From positions 1,644,769 through 1,708,768 of the forward strand of contig OZ244779.1 of assembly GCA_965219575.1 (NCBI GenBank): a DNA stretch of 64,000 nucleotides, written 5' to 3'. The notes under the pieces were generated by a model. That model was not told the origin of the DNA and did no database searches. It saw only the letters and a list, made by a program, of their open reading frames with translations. This DNA is from Candidatus Oxydemutatoraceae bacterium. Lineage in GTDB: Bacteria; Pseudomonadota; Gammaproteobacteria; Poriferisulfidales; Oxydemutatoraceae. Position numbers and translations under genes: made by a program. Below are positions 40,201-41,187 of the stretch, piece after piece. How positions within the stretch are numbered: position 1 is the stretch's first letter; each line of letters begins with the position of its first letter.

Positions 40201-41080
40201 CGACCTGCGACCGGCCGGTGATATTCGAACGTAACAATGTTAACGCATTGATTTGTGCTGTCGGCGCAGTGTGTGCGAAAAACCCGACACCGTCTACCGG
40301 ACGGTTGATATAGAGGTTCGAAATCGTGAAACCTCTCGCCTCGAAGTAGCCGGAAAACGGACTCGCTCTCGTGCCGATCGGCTGCCAACCCAAACCTTCG
40401 TTCCACTCCCGATTGATGCGACCGGCAAGATAGCTTCCGGCATCGCCGAAGTTTAAGTTCCTCGTTAACTCGTAGCCCCTGCAGACACCGTCGTTGCCTT
40501 CGGCGTCTTCGGCACAACCTCGGTTGAACAACGGCGCAGTGGGGCTTGCCCTATAGCCACTTCCGTCCGGAACATATCGGATCGCATTCAAGTCCTCTAA
40601 ATCGCAAATTTCTATCAAGCCATCGTCGTCCACATCGATATCGACGGCATAGCCACAGTTGCGATCTACGATAACGACCGAGATCGCAGCCGTCTCGCCG
40701 AAGCTGTAATTTGCTCCGTCTCTCGGCTCGGCGATGCTTAAATCTAAACGGCTGGAGACCGTCCTGTCGCCGGGGTCGGTATTTCTGGTGGGGATGCTCA
40801 GCGCAAGTCGGGTGCTACCGGCGGGAACGACGACCGTCCTCATACCCTCGAGTTCGTCGGGGACGAGATCGTTGTTGCCCTCTTCTTCTACCCTCAGAGT
40901 AACCGAAATGTTTCTATTAGTCACCGCATCGAGCGTTATCGCATAGTTTATGGTGTCGCCTTTGTAGACCGCAGACGGCGCACTAAGAGATACGGATTGC
41001 GCAAATACTTCACCAGCCAGTAGTACGAACGATACAACGATAATCCAAAAATAGCTACTTGGCGGTTTCATATAAAGCAT
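1..41080 (-). CDS. Giant secreted repetitive surface protein / putative adhesin (gene B): GLUG beta-helix modules plus cadherin-like beta-sandwich stalk; >=13,690 aa, 3' end outside the window
   Basis: The reverse complement from 41080/41071 reads (MLY)MKPPSSYFWIIVVSFVLLAGEVFAQSVSLSAPSAVYKGDTINYAITLD... The window end reads ...VTAQNGNVQTYRV in the same frame (codon starts = 1 mod 3 at both ends). The ORF track lists no ORF from this start, which is expected if there is no in-frame stop before the edge. 1-19292 is colinear with the 6902-aa ORF. I did not translate every codon by hand. Confidence 0.93.
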   Translation of the reverse strand, partial: MLYMKPPSSYFWIIVVSFVLLAGEVFAQSVSLSAPSAVYKGDTINYAITLDAVTNRNISVTLRVEEEGNNDLVPDELEGMRTVVVPAGSTRLALSIPTRNTDPGDRTVSSRLDLSIAEPRDGANYSFGETAAISVVIVDRNCGYAVDIDVDDDGLIEICDLEDLNAIRYVPDGSGYRASPTAPLFNRGCAEDAEGNDGVCRGYELTRNLNFGDAGSYLAGRINREWNEGLGWQPIGTRASPFSGYFEARGFTISNLYINRPVDGVGFFAHTAPTAQINALTLLRSNITGRSQVGALVAVNEGIVSNVNVVRGRVIGSVGTVGGLVAVNRGTVVNNNILLEQVAGGIFESRCRDNRATSNCEAAEQIATVIRDGNTVGGLIGDNFGIVSDNFASTDVLGGERVGGLVGFNSGRILGGNDIRGNIHGNGYVGGLVGYTIGSIVGNNVSADVLVAGDYAGGLIGYACLSITGSRRCPSSEEVIAADSLQTFRLTDNSASGAVGGVNYIGGLVGYSDNTITDSTTNDMEVSGNTHVGGLVGYSDNTITDSTTNDIEVSGNTHVGGLVGFYAGKRLADCSATEIGIDGSDNVGGLIGTVDETGSVVVGSFTSGMVVGNTDVGGLIGMNNEGTINNSYATVVVVGVSNVGGLVGTAENNRIENSYASGDIRGTGIGVGGLVGYSFGGGIMFSYATGSVVGDNSDDPGIDNDVNNVGGLVGRADNGMIRSSYAVNPQVSGADRVGGLVGRKFGSTVELCYALSSVVGADRVGGLIGENSGEVRTAYAAGRVVGSGDDVGGLVGINSGRVVRSYWDTIEAGITTSDGGRGIADLKAAVAPGEQVSDAFYLWSRNDWNFGSTTEYPILRDVDGTALRQQVARIVTLAVNGGFTLVPEFTPEINNYYVVVGDNPTAISLDVAASDNDATFTVLKVGDEANPITVTGSDNDLSISLDATPASTELIVARNYSMKILRSFAASVTVDPSNRQVREGQTVRFNVASNTDEIVPLTYMWRQTAPQMPLLMDGLDTGITINQPDFDLTIAGDFVASITETGRIATLRVEISDGRFGNRDIGSEQLVVAKMDNGSPVLAPLAFVNGTSLLHSPGFEEVIAADADGVGSIAEQGRLYQWQFSETGEADSWIGIDGATDATFDVGTHEVDTARYRLQIYYIDRQGYDNTLTAQTPTAIVDKDRDGLIEIYDLEALNAIRYELSGSGYRARATANELSGGCPDSGCFGYELMRDLDFEDNDSWRAIGDRSTPFTGTFEGNRNTLYNLRMNSAATGDKGLFSANSGVIRNLRIAGLEIAGSPSISQRLSGLAVINSGAVVNCYVQGEITAAGTASNLIGGLVAENLGGEIINSGAFMDIVRSSNVSRGLSASAILVGRMSQNGLIINSYAIGRITSGMLHVAGLVGHVQASRIINSYAVADVTTNNSDNHAGTLVGSLENTSQVVNSYAQGSLNNPANIGASVGGLVGFQRQDSSVRNSYATVRVVRPSLPSTFPLGGLIGRLAVSSTVDASYWDTIAGGVSTSAGGNGKTTAELRTGIAQYSNTDGVYFGWEPDDWDFGSDAQYPVLKHAPNPDLAGQPACGTPDTPECGTLIAPELRRGLRFLTAVNGTLSPPFTGGSYSGNIRVSASVSEIRLIATAFEDNAVIDIYDANGSLLQSGLASGEPSRALTLTAGEPMRHLVIEVKSSQTVRQSIILNRVVVADVVETRECSELSNFTPINTLEDLNKIRNRRDGSYCLLRDLDFGNNASYEDAATNRPLWWTRPENFDGQTNFGWQPIGTDANRFSGTFDGNGFVISNLQINRNDNDQSLFGSITGTVRNLGLTDVRIDVGSNNYSGALAGANRGTIIGSYATGEINGRNNIGGLVGAHLRSGWIINSYAGVDVTGNTAVGGLVGLADDTPNLIINSYATGSVSAVGFSGGFVGVQRRGEIRNSYATGNVMSTTDGTRAIGGFVGEKLNNTVIRNSYASGSVTGINQVGGFIGNLWQNETNGLIADSYSIGSVSASGPNIGGFLGNRFAGTDGRVQNSYWNTETSGLSNSERGSGLDTQQMQSPTAPDAASPTRYTGWSTDNWDFGTNRQYPRLKYARNPDSSGRRTCSDAGGDGLPVCGSLIAPKPSYDLNELSVSPGRFSPRLNFNGRLSDYRTHVVGVGADNTIRLIVGSQDAGARFRALRGEDNTALVSEFGAGELSEEIILEDGENHIVVELTPSDPSARKRRYNFRLSYRVPRTPIEINTLEDLDALRNNPTGTYRLTRNLDFEDASSYRTRRVNSDWTVDDFGAAGDDGWQPINNFTGTFDGNGFAISNLQIKVGDADTVAVGLFGTIGVRGTVKNLILNDADVRASNSAAVQVAALVGHNRGLVLNSGVIASIVEGVGNTRGGGNHNYIGGLVGRNGLGSNDIAYIGNSFVVDSEIRVNPAVANATHHIGGLVGRNFYAEIYNSFVQATTVAGYCHVGGLIGNQFGPSSTIKNSYADVTLASSTESCRIGARGKLLGLVNGGVIENSYATGSSPGVTNLLGAQISSRASGFPPLIFNDSYSDSGASAGDARGRTTMQLQMPTAAVGLYENWSDEIWDFGTESEYPRLKYTAGPFGNVCDVAGAPDCGTLISPPRSYAVSDPGPVDLVIEIDSLEDLYRIRNNPNARYLLTRSLDFLDNESYKDLVNKAAWTVDDFNDTLDQGWQPIDNFSGSLDGNGFVISNLQINRSNINQGLFGSITGIVRNLGLTDVNINIEGTNIGALVGANRGTVIGSYAIGEVAGTDHVGGLVGAHLASGWIINSYAAVDVTGNTSVGGLVGIAEGTTPNLVINSYATGSVSAEGLSGGFIGLFSSGEIINSYATGRVRVTDVTTNEHVGGFVGEKSDNAVIRNSYATGAIAAGDASDVGGFAGLSSGANTISDSYAIGNVSAIGSAIGGLIGSGSGTARNSYWDTQTSGRATSAAGSGLTTEEMQSPTAPSATSPLRYTDWNPDDWDFGTDRQYPTLKYRANPSSDGPQSCNADGSDGLPICGSLISPQLRYGLLEDILVVDGELEPAFHASNHGSYRGRVLSSENPIRLQPITFDLAAEIKIFRFVAGVKTQIGNTLAGGNRSAPILLDTDAPRYLIVEINPSADGEPTVEYPLYLRYRSRNAVIEIDSLEDLDNIRNRRNARYLLTRNLDFLDDDSYDDLANKTTWTVDDFDDRADTGWQSIGTDDARFGGEFDGNGFVISNLQINRSGSADHSLFGSITGTVRNLGLTAVNIEGTQFTGALVGSNRGTVIGSYAVGKVTGTDNVGGLVGAHLQSSRIINSYAAVDVTGNTGVGGLVGVAGLNREAPNLIINSHATGNVSANGFCGGFIGVQRIGEIRNSYATGHVSGRSVRSVGAFVGDKVGNTVIRNSYATGSVIGTSSVGGFIGNLWQNAANGLIADSYSIGSVSGSGSNIGGFLGSRFDNTDGRVQNSYWNIQTSGRSASQRGRGLNTEQMQSPIAPDATSPPRYTGWSSDDWDFGNAEQYPTLKYAQNPDIAGARTCNAAGVGGLPVCGSLIAPQLRFGLLQDLSIVDGELLPRFAVGQSNYSGEVLSLRDTIRLRPVAFDSAAEIKIYLYDGTARRQLGDALDSGDLSAPFRLKQDTIQYVVIEINPSVAGQPTVEYPLYLRYRPGTAIDSLEDLDAVRNRLHGNYVLTRNLDFADDASYDSTVFKALWTVDDYRDATDLGWTPIGDADTPFTGTFDGNGYTIANLQINNDDNAMHKGLFGVIGSVGTVRNLGLVDAEIEDYNGNRHADDYPGVGTLAGMNDGTVIGSYAHGTVRGSRGLGGLVGRNADDGEILNSHAVCTVQSSASDSVAGGLVGEDRNIIGNSYAASIVRGQDSVGGLVGRSAFTPTPATGYNSYADSFVSGNSNVGGLFGSSYSNYRNIYATGWVRGRSEVGGLAGTNNRGLYQNSYGIGRVDVGGSLIGRLSNSNASLINSYANSDLSSRPLVNNISSGATIRNSASATTAELRAGSAQLGNVSDVYYNWNNANWDFGNAEQYPVLKYAANTTGRSRACDGDGLPNCGAVIPRRALSALRVSERRSRLVPPLDTRYRSYIGVVERDTPSASLVAVAADPNAQITFIYFDDAYNETGRSEPMTAVAGGVGGIVSREITLSQSTATYVAIEVITPGGDGRSGGVDRYNLSLRYRPALLGDDGNPAIVIDTLEDLDNIRNNPSANYILTGDLDFLDDASYEDATNKAAWTVDDFDDPADTGWQPIGTDAARFRGEFNGNGFVISNLQINRNVNDQSLFGSIEGSIRDLGLIGVSIEGRAYTGALASANRGTIIGSYATGKVTGTDIVGGLVGGHLRSGWIINSYAAVDVTGNVNVGGLAGASGFFDGIPNLIINSYATGSVSADGFCGGFVGVHRDGEIRNSYATGNVMGRTLRSVGGFVGDKVGNTVIRNSYATGSVIGQESVGGFIGTLWQNVASGLVADSYSIGSVPDSGVNIGGFLGNRFNNTDGRVQNSYWDIQASGTSFNDERGLGFNTEQMQLPITPGTTPTDVYYNWSSADWDFGTAEQYPILKYASTDTITVCDGNGLPNCGDLISPQIRNGLRNLELASGTLIPAFSAGSSNYRGEATLDTIALIPTAMHDGAVINIYLGSVDGTPDQSIVSGMTGMPIVLDRDEGVNRIVLEITSGTTRVQYPLYINYIGDRVLADRDGNGFVELYYLDHLHAVGTSTSTLAGNYELMRDLDFNDADSYLSGTVNGDWTVDDFDDDDALGWESIGNITDRYSGRFDGNGYTIANLQINRDNAIYRGLFGATGPGAVVRHLDLVGVKIEGSDIIGALVGGNQGTIIGSYASGDISATNNVVGGLVGTHDRGSIANSDAAVNVVGRQGVGGLVGTGRADIVNSHASGNVSGEWNIGGLVGSHANSEIRNSYATGRIDVIDAATNQNIGGLVGRKFTTTVIRNSYATGAIAAGDASAVGGLVGNASGANTIRNSYATGRVSAGGSAIGGLIGTGSGTAGNSYWDGQTSGLNTSASGSSRTTTQLQAPTNQTADAGIYASWSPADWDFGTTEQYPILKYASIAAVTVCDGSGLPNCGDLIAPQIRNGLKSLELASGELVPAFTASNSRYLGTVGMDTIALIPTAMQDDAVINIYLGAVDGTPDQSVVSGMTGMPIVLDQDDINRIVLEIVATPPLRYSLFISFQEDDTPSDRDGNGFAEIDNLDKLRFIATRPAGNYELTRHLNFNDPDSYAGNRINREWTVEDFNDASDTGWLPIGERNTTFTGQFNGNGYTISGLQINRTTDRQGLFGTVGKDGVIRDLGLLDVKVGRIDTSGAIYSHVGALIGYNAGVAIGNYATGEIAGYANNIGGLVGTNTDSGLIANSYVIGTVNGYFNDIGGLVGDSLGTVVNSYSDVAVSTNQSNLGGLVGNCNGCNIQNSFAIGAIVNTGSLSLPTGGLVGSAQHTFNIANNYAQSNIRQALNPSGYANGGFVGVLGLNSTATLTANYSIGRTNGSFYDRLSGFNRPSVSAPNYWNSDTAEGQSRLGDSRVGVSGRSTRELQSAIAKGTNSTQIYHNWSEDNWHFGNDMQYPILKYAPNPVADGMRTCDGNGLPDCGDVIAPQIRNGLEDLTLADGDELYPPFGDTHRSLNGNYSGRVVATDPGRSNPNPIRIVATAKEDNAMINIYLGTVKGKSRPDQTVISGTTSSRITLAEGVNRIVLEIKGNSTVRYPLYIRYNESTEIHDLEGVDRIRNNPSGHYKLMRNLDFDDPTSYRLGRINREWTVDDFNDDDDFGWQPIGNNTNRFSGTFDGNGYTISNLQINRDSGNNQGLFGVIGNSGVVRDLGLLSVKIDTGGTTGAVAGILEGEIIGSYAIGEITATGNNVGGLVGLTNPSNNAEILNSYAAIHIEALPGSRANNYGGLVGFASSGMIINSRAYGSIVGNIRYAGGLVGRSLRGTGAFSTEIYNSYAGVNIRADDNVGGLIGDILVNGLVVNGYATGSVHADVNNGGGLVGSISGTQSIEIGTRNSYTLSGVTGSGTLGGLVAANNRVGTNTDASYWNSETGGLNTSAGGTSRTTVQLQMPTGPTGIYMNWRADDWDFGDTDEYPILKYTAEPDIFGNPACRLDRNAVSRLPVCGDLIAPQIRNGLQDLRLASGILNPSFAEGSADYFGEVYRNPIRIVATARDDNTKINIHLNFVKRDPFQTIIGGGTSNPIFLDDGINHIILEIEGKPPAYYPLYIRHQNDPMLADRNRNGFTEIYYLDHFHAIAASTSTLAGRYELMRDLDFNDPNSYLSGEINNDWVVDFTDATDTGWLPIGDTTTPFTGTFDGNGYAIARLQINRSSQNNQGLFGVIDSSGVVRNLGLPNLMVEAGSQLGGIAGTVRGKIVNSYATGAVSGVGDVGGIAGVAAGTGVIVNSRSGIRLSATGINAGGMLGRCDGCTILNSFAVGSVTGIGSADNIGGFVGRAGGTSNIGNNYAWVDVSGGPFSTNLRSNANGGFFGALFIENNNLSINANYSIGPSSLAYAGFISDLVRINISRANYYNSDTVTQDLPAPARVFQGRTMRQLRAPTEAGRNSGQIYYRWSPADWDFGTAMQYPLLKYTAATDVLDSPACRSAEDTPSRLPLCDTLIASKTRYGLSALTARYAQLTVPFDDALSDIDGAYYTTVLNDTPRVQLVATTREAGATYSVYIGGVRTLENTEIAGGNPSGEIALTAGGTTEVVIVVHGTETVRYTVYLDYRPETSIDADNDGLVDLHYLEDVAMVHSNFQREIGYRIGGELNTLGCPNGVCRGYELMRDLDFNDPNSYRDPARNGVMRRWTGQGWDSPNLSNAVFKGNGYEISNLKVTGNTDRNDAFFHLAFGTDIDGLGLVNVDISADNAANPHSVELAGLVGVFVNQRDNRGTIRNSYVIGDIRGAGSANISGLTYRAVGYSVSNSYFIGTLRLLGNNRRDNVIVSANGLVTASAGFSSDSLGNSRAIGRIETAIENEFIDTAMLGVDSTRSLNIGNSYASMLMTRAGVAQGNLSNGLARITNSYFDRDIARVDVPASRARSGAELRATTMTGIFANWDADDWDFGGAGQSPVIKYNSDECQRARHDNPLCGKILPYQGSLMARFELLGNAGLSRPFDFATFNDYEIVVAADQQSLRFVAEAFAPNADIVVYKTTTAAEVLRVKSGVATPPIALDTGGDTLLDVVVEEGEDRKSYRYRFNISRLNERIDFAAIDGDNDGLIDVATPEQLDAMRHSLDGNFYRAGSTGNSTRIYCRVGCRGYELTADIDLAGINWQPIGRNDARFNAHFKGNGYAISNLTISNPTLIDVAMFAYLGANARLEDIHLKDASIRSRRATSAIAALAVRNYGTIFNSRIENATILLRNELGGSTLVYQNFGRIINSGAVGGTIDNRSVAAGLVHTNNGAILGSFATIPIRSRGSENIAAGLLLTNNGNGNVDNSYAQRIISDSTGAGLIDTNGGAVNNSYATGGPLVRAASGSPEVENSYWDRDTAAPGATGAAGAARTTIALQLADREENSTDNVYTGWDTERWHFGNADQYPTVLYHGAGLCTQPTAAQLQSCDTLVSETLSGADRAVICRDRLLRDRTDPPYCGTLVPYQNRRGLIALELPAGVRLVPEFSPEVESYNLITNGAITVFHTTPTAYYRADTVTLIAGDSEQMIADNTRSAEIDLNRTDTDALRLAVRSATDATTRSYTINFRSTDYQDNIDIQLSALDGSRLSPNFIRDRSDYRLIVYSDTERVRLNTTTSDPLPGAVVDIVIAADNGVQPITLQDSGIAEVVLNDGATEITVMVRGGQRYRFEYRIVVERLPFASYRGILTVDADNNIVVDDDRDLTLDADGDGLIEIAFLEQLDTIRYGLDGRGFSYQLGATTIEIDGGCPDSGCFGYELVRDLDFNSVDSYVDAQRTMPLWTGGKGWQPIGDADAPFTAQFIADGHTISGLMIRRHNTDDVGLFGAISAATIRGVNVSAAEVIGNNDVGILVGEDRNNSEIINSRATGTVRADNNGGGLIGVYRGTIVNSDSSVSVEVDASGGGLIGRLLRGAIGKSRASGTVSARSASGGGLVGAVENATISNSYATAMIDASEGGGLVGSLGTGVRIDNSYAIGANRSARSSGLVFNAANVPVAVNDSYWDINTSGVVDGRDGSSQTTVELQSTTTAIYTNWNAEIWDLGNNMQYPRLKYTTATDALGRAPTCRVASDTSSRLPVCGELLRGQYIGLTDLVFSSEVLELIPSFNPQIYNYSLVLKADETGFQLTPTYVGAAYGLSVDGGVAEIVRSGSASSRIPVAASGSTGIDLGNGDLVYTFTASRHPYLRIGDVDVDDDGLIEIHNRTELDAVRYQPDGSGYRSSAADRRITVGCAPTTGCIGYELAASIELSAADWEPIGTLKTLDCDNPENGCFAGIFEGNRSSGYTISGLRIATPNSDNVGLFAHLHRDAEIRNLVLSGVSVRGRDGVGGLAGNSDGRVDHVSVRGEVGGESEVGGVIGYNTGHLSDVLADPIEVVGYNSENGYSELIGGVVGRNLGGSIVASGAIGEVTGRAFVGGLVGENDGLVDRSFAEVAVVGSGSDDSESYNVGGLVGYNTDKVYNGYAIGSVSGESNVGGLVGTNSIGSDGDGRIVNSYASGAVSGIGAVGGLVGRNDVGAAVLTSYALGEVSGNNSVGGLAGLNIGMVSDTYASGDVSAQGRVGGLVGVNGNVGTRSIVNSYAIGRVSDVRESGGLVGDNLGGVSNSYWNIETAGVADNGSGIGQTTVALLTPTTATGIYANWDTNLWDFGTSEHYPQLRYGRGDDGDNPACGGGGQPTCGSIRNYGLSDLQVLGSVRLSPQFATSRPRYRIDAYIGVTDSLRLIPHAASDDAVITIAYGGNEFGVADGASVSIVLDPGFDDAIIVSVGSAGTTIEYILEIDYSSFDDDRILADADGDGLIEITTVDDLYAIRHSLDGSTYIYALPDDGLLPIVDGCPTTPTAGCFGYELTRDLDFRDAASYRSGVVNTEWSDNWDPIGDADTPFAAVFDGSGYQIRNLSLRGTRTKDALGLFHTLGRNAEVKALRLSNVGIYDVIGRDFNRRRAEKQGGLAGENRGRIHDVGVKEINALVGSGYRQDLLKQSRFGGLVGVNSGGEISHSFAQVYIYSFSPRTGTFGDIVGGLVGRNEGGAKIKNSYATGAISGHCRLGGLVGEHISANRDSAENISTIENSYAQVDMNKILNVRCINEVFNVAGFVQGFGGLVGFMEQADIVDSYAAARQSGGVLGLIGRVRGTASATNSYWDNILNNKQSASTGVGETTAFGGQTTAVLQGTTPTMGIYANWSSDDWDFGTDAQYPTLKATDGSIAMQVLDSSLVRNVEVANVAIARINGITGGFRYSRNSNRYRLYVDATRLPLPITFTTTPPVAGLETMLYCDDALCPFVGSGDTLILDNSNTQEITLVASAGNRVSRYYFDIVRDNLRLDNIAAIDIAEGDMFTVGGDYAGSSDLSWSQISGTPVNIADADSLNLVLAPQVDLLPADVDHGDFEFELSLSITPNNRVRQVYLSRKIAVRINKVNNGRVTGNPVLSVNTNRRITVTENLNDIDGTVSNLSRQFQRRFPGDIWRNVNLSAGDTVDAGYQYRFIGLYSDGQGYTSEPIVSNIVTVGSSVAMDNADIDGDSIINADDIDDDGDGLIEIRHLEDLDAVRHQLDGSGSRASADADLITRGCPITGCIGYELTRNLNFTVAGSYRNADANMSRWTVSENEFVSTDDGWQPIGGVFDAIFNGNGYSIARLSISRSSAGTRANVGLFSEIGASGKVENLVLDFPAIKGLAGFKNVGAITGLLRRGGVIRNSDVFGTVTRNSSVRVIRTDLGSAGGLVGVNAGYIVNSRARINVSVQDSDGTIANNGNVTVGGLVGRNRSGGKIHNSYYSAGEVSGTCIAGGLVGSQLSAAERADGIGEIRNSYVHSNSDVEIPAAVSCATPYLGGLVGRHIDGRSIVANSYANGRAYVPTLFGANASVSDLGASQTQSFASCPGNITATYNGNPVNVTVAGLLNRDTPSRAPTNSYWRREPYRCAVTVSGTTYITHAVSMPDVNNRRSNNTLTNPSVPNTPQTCLSGEDGESEASRNRTRSCITYRGWNTDHWDFGTDMQYPLLRYTEGADRDDPACDFDDSTSLPMCGALLRGQPRTTVVSPRSAPPVSGEPPQLVITYARNDATAVALDVQSTITVNEGDTLILDATRSRAADNAVLDYRWRQTRGPELLPTSQNIERTLSVTVRDDLLAAEADSGQAVIKLEVVKRNNPDAFASRDIIIDVVKTNRDGDMAALRWVDGPLGVANANYIFASEINDADGGPFTDISYQWELDGSPTGLDRAYYRVGNIFASYRLTTTYTDNQGYSNTIVSVINGRLAFDDRIVDHDRDGLIDIFFIEQLDLIRNQLDGTLLEDLSNDEFPFRSSRGCPGDVCRGYELVRDLDFDDTLSYRTVNGPANYNNWDPIGTVVNIQNQLGNCSDASSNCFTAIFEGNGYTISNLRINQPVSFAGTSQAGQVNLGLFAAASGNAEIRGVRLVDVNIAGSNNVGALVGSFSGRSITDSHVLSGTVSTYYDGGCLIGRANGTNIQISDSSANCTLTGTNVLGGLVSFSNANIGNSRTSGAINLNINISGQRDIIANGGLVGVLESGGRIENGASSATVVRKGGSSITVTQGTGIGGLVGIGRSNTMITNSYATGDVRGEGSRAGGLVGNLGGEISNSYAAGDVDGSTFIGGLVGHAANATIGNSYAIGDVNGDNTVGGLIGDVNDTAIDNSHATGRISADDIVGGLIGRLIDDDVINRPDSKVIANNYTFAAVTARGGDSNFNQVGGFLGYFEVGRSTIVRDSYAAGSVVGAARKGGFIGIYRASGQIIDNYSIARVSGNPTNDRGFIRLDFGPNLTGNYWDIERSGQSAGSRFGSLRGFNSEVLKSSRSSNAHPYRNWSTERWDFGTTEQYPVLKYDDGTCAGGTPSVNCGAVLPRQRLGLQDLQIGQIGALAQPELSAMPRVATFKDDFDRAAVDELTVSVRDRSAEIRIVADAYNPAGVIKINDAPPSVGSANYFASSDFTTATRVRIVVSEPYEIGGKENLDVEYRIAFNTVPEASAIAVRAAMDERGEPLSTSVPIREGHFITLSSELSDADGDDLRYRWTIDDTQVRLLDRTMLAGRVSGGSGRATLSFYLRDDFIAADQTAETVNISLAVSDTVGETVTQAHSFSVAKYDNGTIDGITTPTRIGLTYTAAMLDKDKLAEDPDGAGDVGDIAYQWQRRAGGNWTDINAANGIGYTVVGEVADYYRVAVSYIDGQGYSRTVASPPQQASTGLVLRETPVADTEGFIYVELAADNLSPDFNFPFEERNYSVPTEVERLDVTAIGGAISVNGVPLADEIATTLDLEYGDNEITVVSQGEDDTSTRTYTVFRAYDVAIRGWRVEWQGEDGTEIRDLGADLRMRPDIPNAISTITVIASVNELVDIVIASDGNTVGEITTSTQAGLLVAQATIGGLALGENGIAFTVTAPGGSFEDPEVAMYSVTVWHRYNTRLRNLRLVGTDFTTKFRPEVPRYFATIANERGSETIEFERKEGTTVLVNDVEVDGNRVDSLPLNIGDNTIALRVQAPRETDTVYTLVVVREYSLDLQDLVLTYAQATTVTLVPTFASTRHIYTAVVPTETSQVRVTFATDLQVVSELSADIAPITTDTRVLADRIEKIVSVPLNYDDNTMVIGTSALGEQQATTLTITRLRSTDAELRDLQVLNDDDINVLSVFNPTTRSYTVEVANDQRTVSLRVTPQDTKITAILWNGIPLSLSGLETGSVTRDRPESEPLFVLGENEIELKIIAHDKITSQTYTLVVNRLSSKNARLRSILYTLSSSSGERDPQSLGVSDFVPDKLEYRLPGVESAIDCILVRALQDDQYGEATVEISKVAGAESDSPIECPDTSLRLGAGQNTIEVKVTASDRKTINRYRLNISRALSSDIRLSRAPLIIIPSVAITPAIAVPGSDTEYTAVIDRNVTRFSVSATAAHPAATVTISIGDGADAIGGRTATKTDIPIGVPMGLNDIAVAQREITITVTAQNGSTENYKLTARIILGSNANLASLRVSPVGSLIPQGDPPMYATTLGESVGDATVTAVAADQFATVTISENNTRLVSAKRQGMADITLADTGDRRDLLIRVIAENGAMVKDHTLTVARAQSTNDCLDAIAILDADDSRLLVNQDIECNNRSPSFDVANSVAQVLIRPTAENSQAVIAVHAPGDADGERVQSGADSTMPISIDEGGSAQVRIEVTSQNGATSRAYIVTINRAESSDADLRNLRLLDANDANLLPDFDPTSETQVYRFNVPNATTGTRVVAEAHPRAIIEVVIDGIAETATGTINRAFDLTVPEREKRIRITVSSQDDSMTRDYTIAVTRARADRSNANLASIALSLDDDTRTSLFTLTSPDEDASTTYSARITGITGLEVQNIIQIVVSPRAEDGEATVSIDGGAAESMPDKSVALNAALDKPEPAIPIKVIAEDRTTSAAYSLVITRESSADASLASVIVGRTTLPVGRDGTYTTSLGEHTANTTVTVTTTHSQATVAITLEGETNSTRNMLSRPVTIADTGTSRDLRIVVTAQDGRTMESYTLTVRRDPSRDASLRDITVVGASVIDNGDRTYTATVGEATTSSIVTVTAGNEFATVVITDASNTEIGSAEGAAQASITLDDPGDSKELRIRITAQSRSEDDSADYTLTVDRAPSTDARLSALELLPQSSVAVEPLVIFDSLSDGGEYRASFTDIVTGVRVKPTAQRYVNKVEVFAPGSDRGEVITESGQSSLIAVTEGETTTITIVVTAQDRRTTQDYVVLITLRNTDTELNGIVPAPGRLNPNFAGNVANYEIKGISGNNFVLGVNIQRGQRIEVRQRTLDNLGGRLLVPILGTNAYDITRAYGENTIEIVVTAEAGETTQRYTVTDIRPVILEDLRLTGLRTDDPYRFGSSTPNYTVTIANENKRLVVRPVLSDTDRNNNVIYTIRDGNTEIAAQDLELGAASIALVAGVPKVITVIVEAENGVTNSYTVRATREISRNADLSALRIMSGRNTLADFDNLATSVNHVYTIPNPIVGDKITSVSLRAQAAHPDATISLTIGEDTSPRVMGVNRINESISLAEGETKRARIVVTAQQRSVRKTYTVTIMRAASRDTRLSTLAVSSSELIPQFDFDASTATQEVRKYSVELPNDTEDVELSATAANANATLVIRDGMRNSGRAMQSASLTVPVNRGMSKDITISVTAQDRTATTYTVVISRAASVTQGALGFMLRMSDVALDPVSDSGTEYRGELISTATETVASAAAIAAGVSIRSIGVDNTDYILNDNPVDLSANAASVPISEAIPLQRGANRITLVVRRADSTEDGYTEQHYSVTVIRPLVLQALGLGGLSDDDPYRFDPFTRNYTVTVANERDNLVVSPTLFSGDNGIVAYTIFDAEDEVSQAANGSATIPLDVDKPKNITVALVAPGATTSNYVVRATREASDNANLRTLQVVSGENTLADFGNLATSANYVYTIPNPIVGIKTSIIRVRAMPAHSGATIIDFTIDGADADIRDAISFVDAEGEDKIVSFKVLAENGQTSKTYTVTIDRERNQDTRLRTLGVSPGLLAPAFVFNENSASQGTDYTIELPNDIAGTTLTATVNDANAELLIKDGELNSLGPSFRVEVDPGERKLLTVDVTAQNGNVQTYRV
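8200..40650 (-). repeat. About 19 tandem GLUG/GGLVG beta-helix modules of gene B (typical period ~1.5 kb)
   Basis: W[DHN][FL]G-x4-[YS]P cap motif (mostly ccgaaatccca on +) counted near 8294, 10800, 13200, 14823, 16635, 18552, 19956, 21414, 22890, 24441, 25989, 27498, 29064, 30618, 32157, 33348, 34851, 36402 and 38529. The modules examined carry Y.L.R.L[DN]F, W.PIG, F[DE]GNG[YF].I..L, GLF and multiple GGLVG/NSYATG repeats. Confidence 0.85.
39390..39568. repeat. 81-bp (27-aa) near-perfect tandem duplication of one GLUG coil
   Basis: ccgaccaaaccgccgacatgcgtattgccggaaacctc...gtcgtgctgtcggtaatcgt at 39390 and 39471. ccgaccaaaccgccga recurs at 39552. Confidence 0.92.
41000..41071 (-). other. Predicted Sec/SPase I signal peptide of gene B
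   Basis: MKPPSSYFWIIVVSFVLLAGEVFA|QSV: basic N-region, hydrophobic core, V-x-A cleavage motif, no lipobox Cys. Confidence 0.8.
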
Positions 41081-41105
41081 GTCATAGGCGAAAACTGATA
41101 GTAAA

Positions 41106-41114
41106 ATTATAACA
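41106..41114 (-). promoter_or_regulatory. Putative extended -10 promoter (TGnTATAAT) for gene B
   Basis: The minus strand reads TGTTATAAT 25 nt upstream of ATG 41080. No good -35 box or Shine-Dalgarno sequence seen. Confidence 0.55.
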
Positions 41115-41187
41115 TTTTCTAACCCGTAATAGGCGATTCTTGTGCTGACATTGTTGCACATTAACACTGTAGCTATGCAGACACGCA

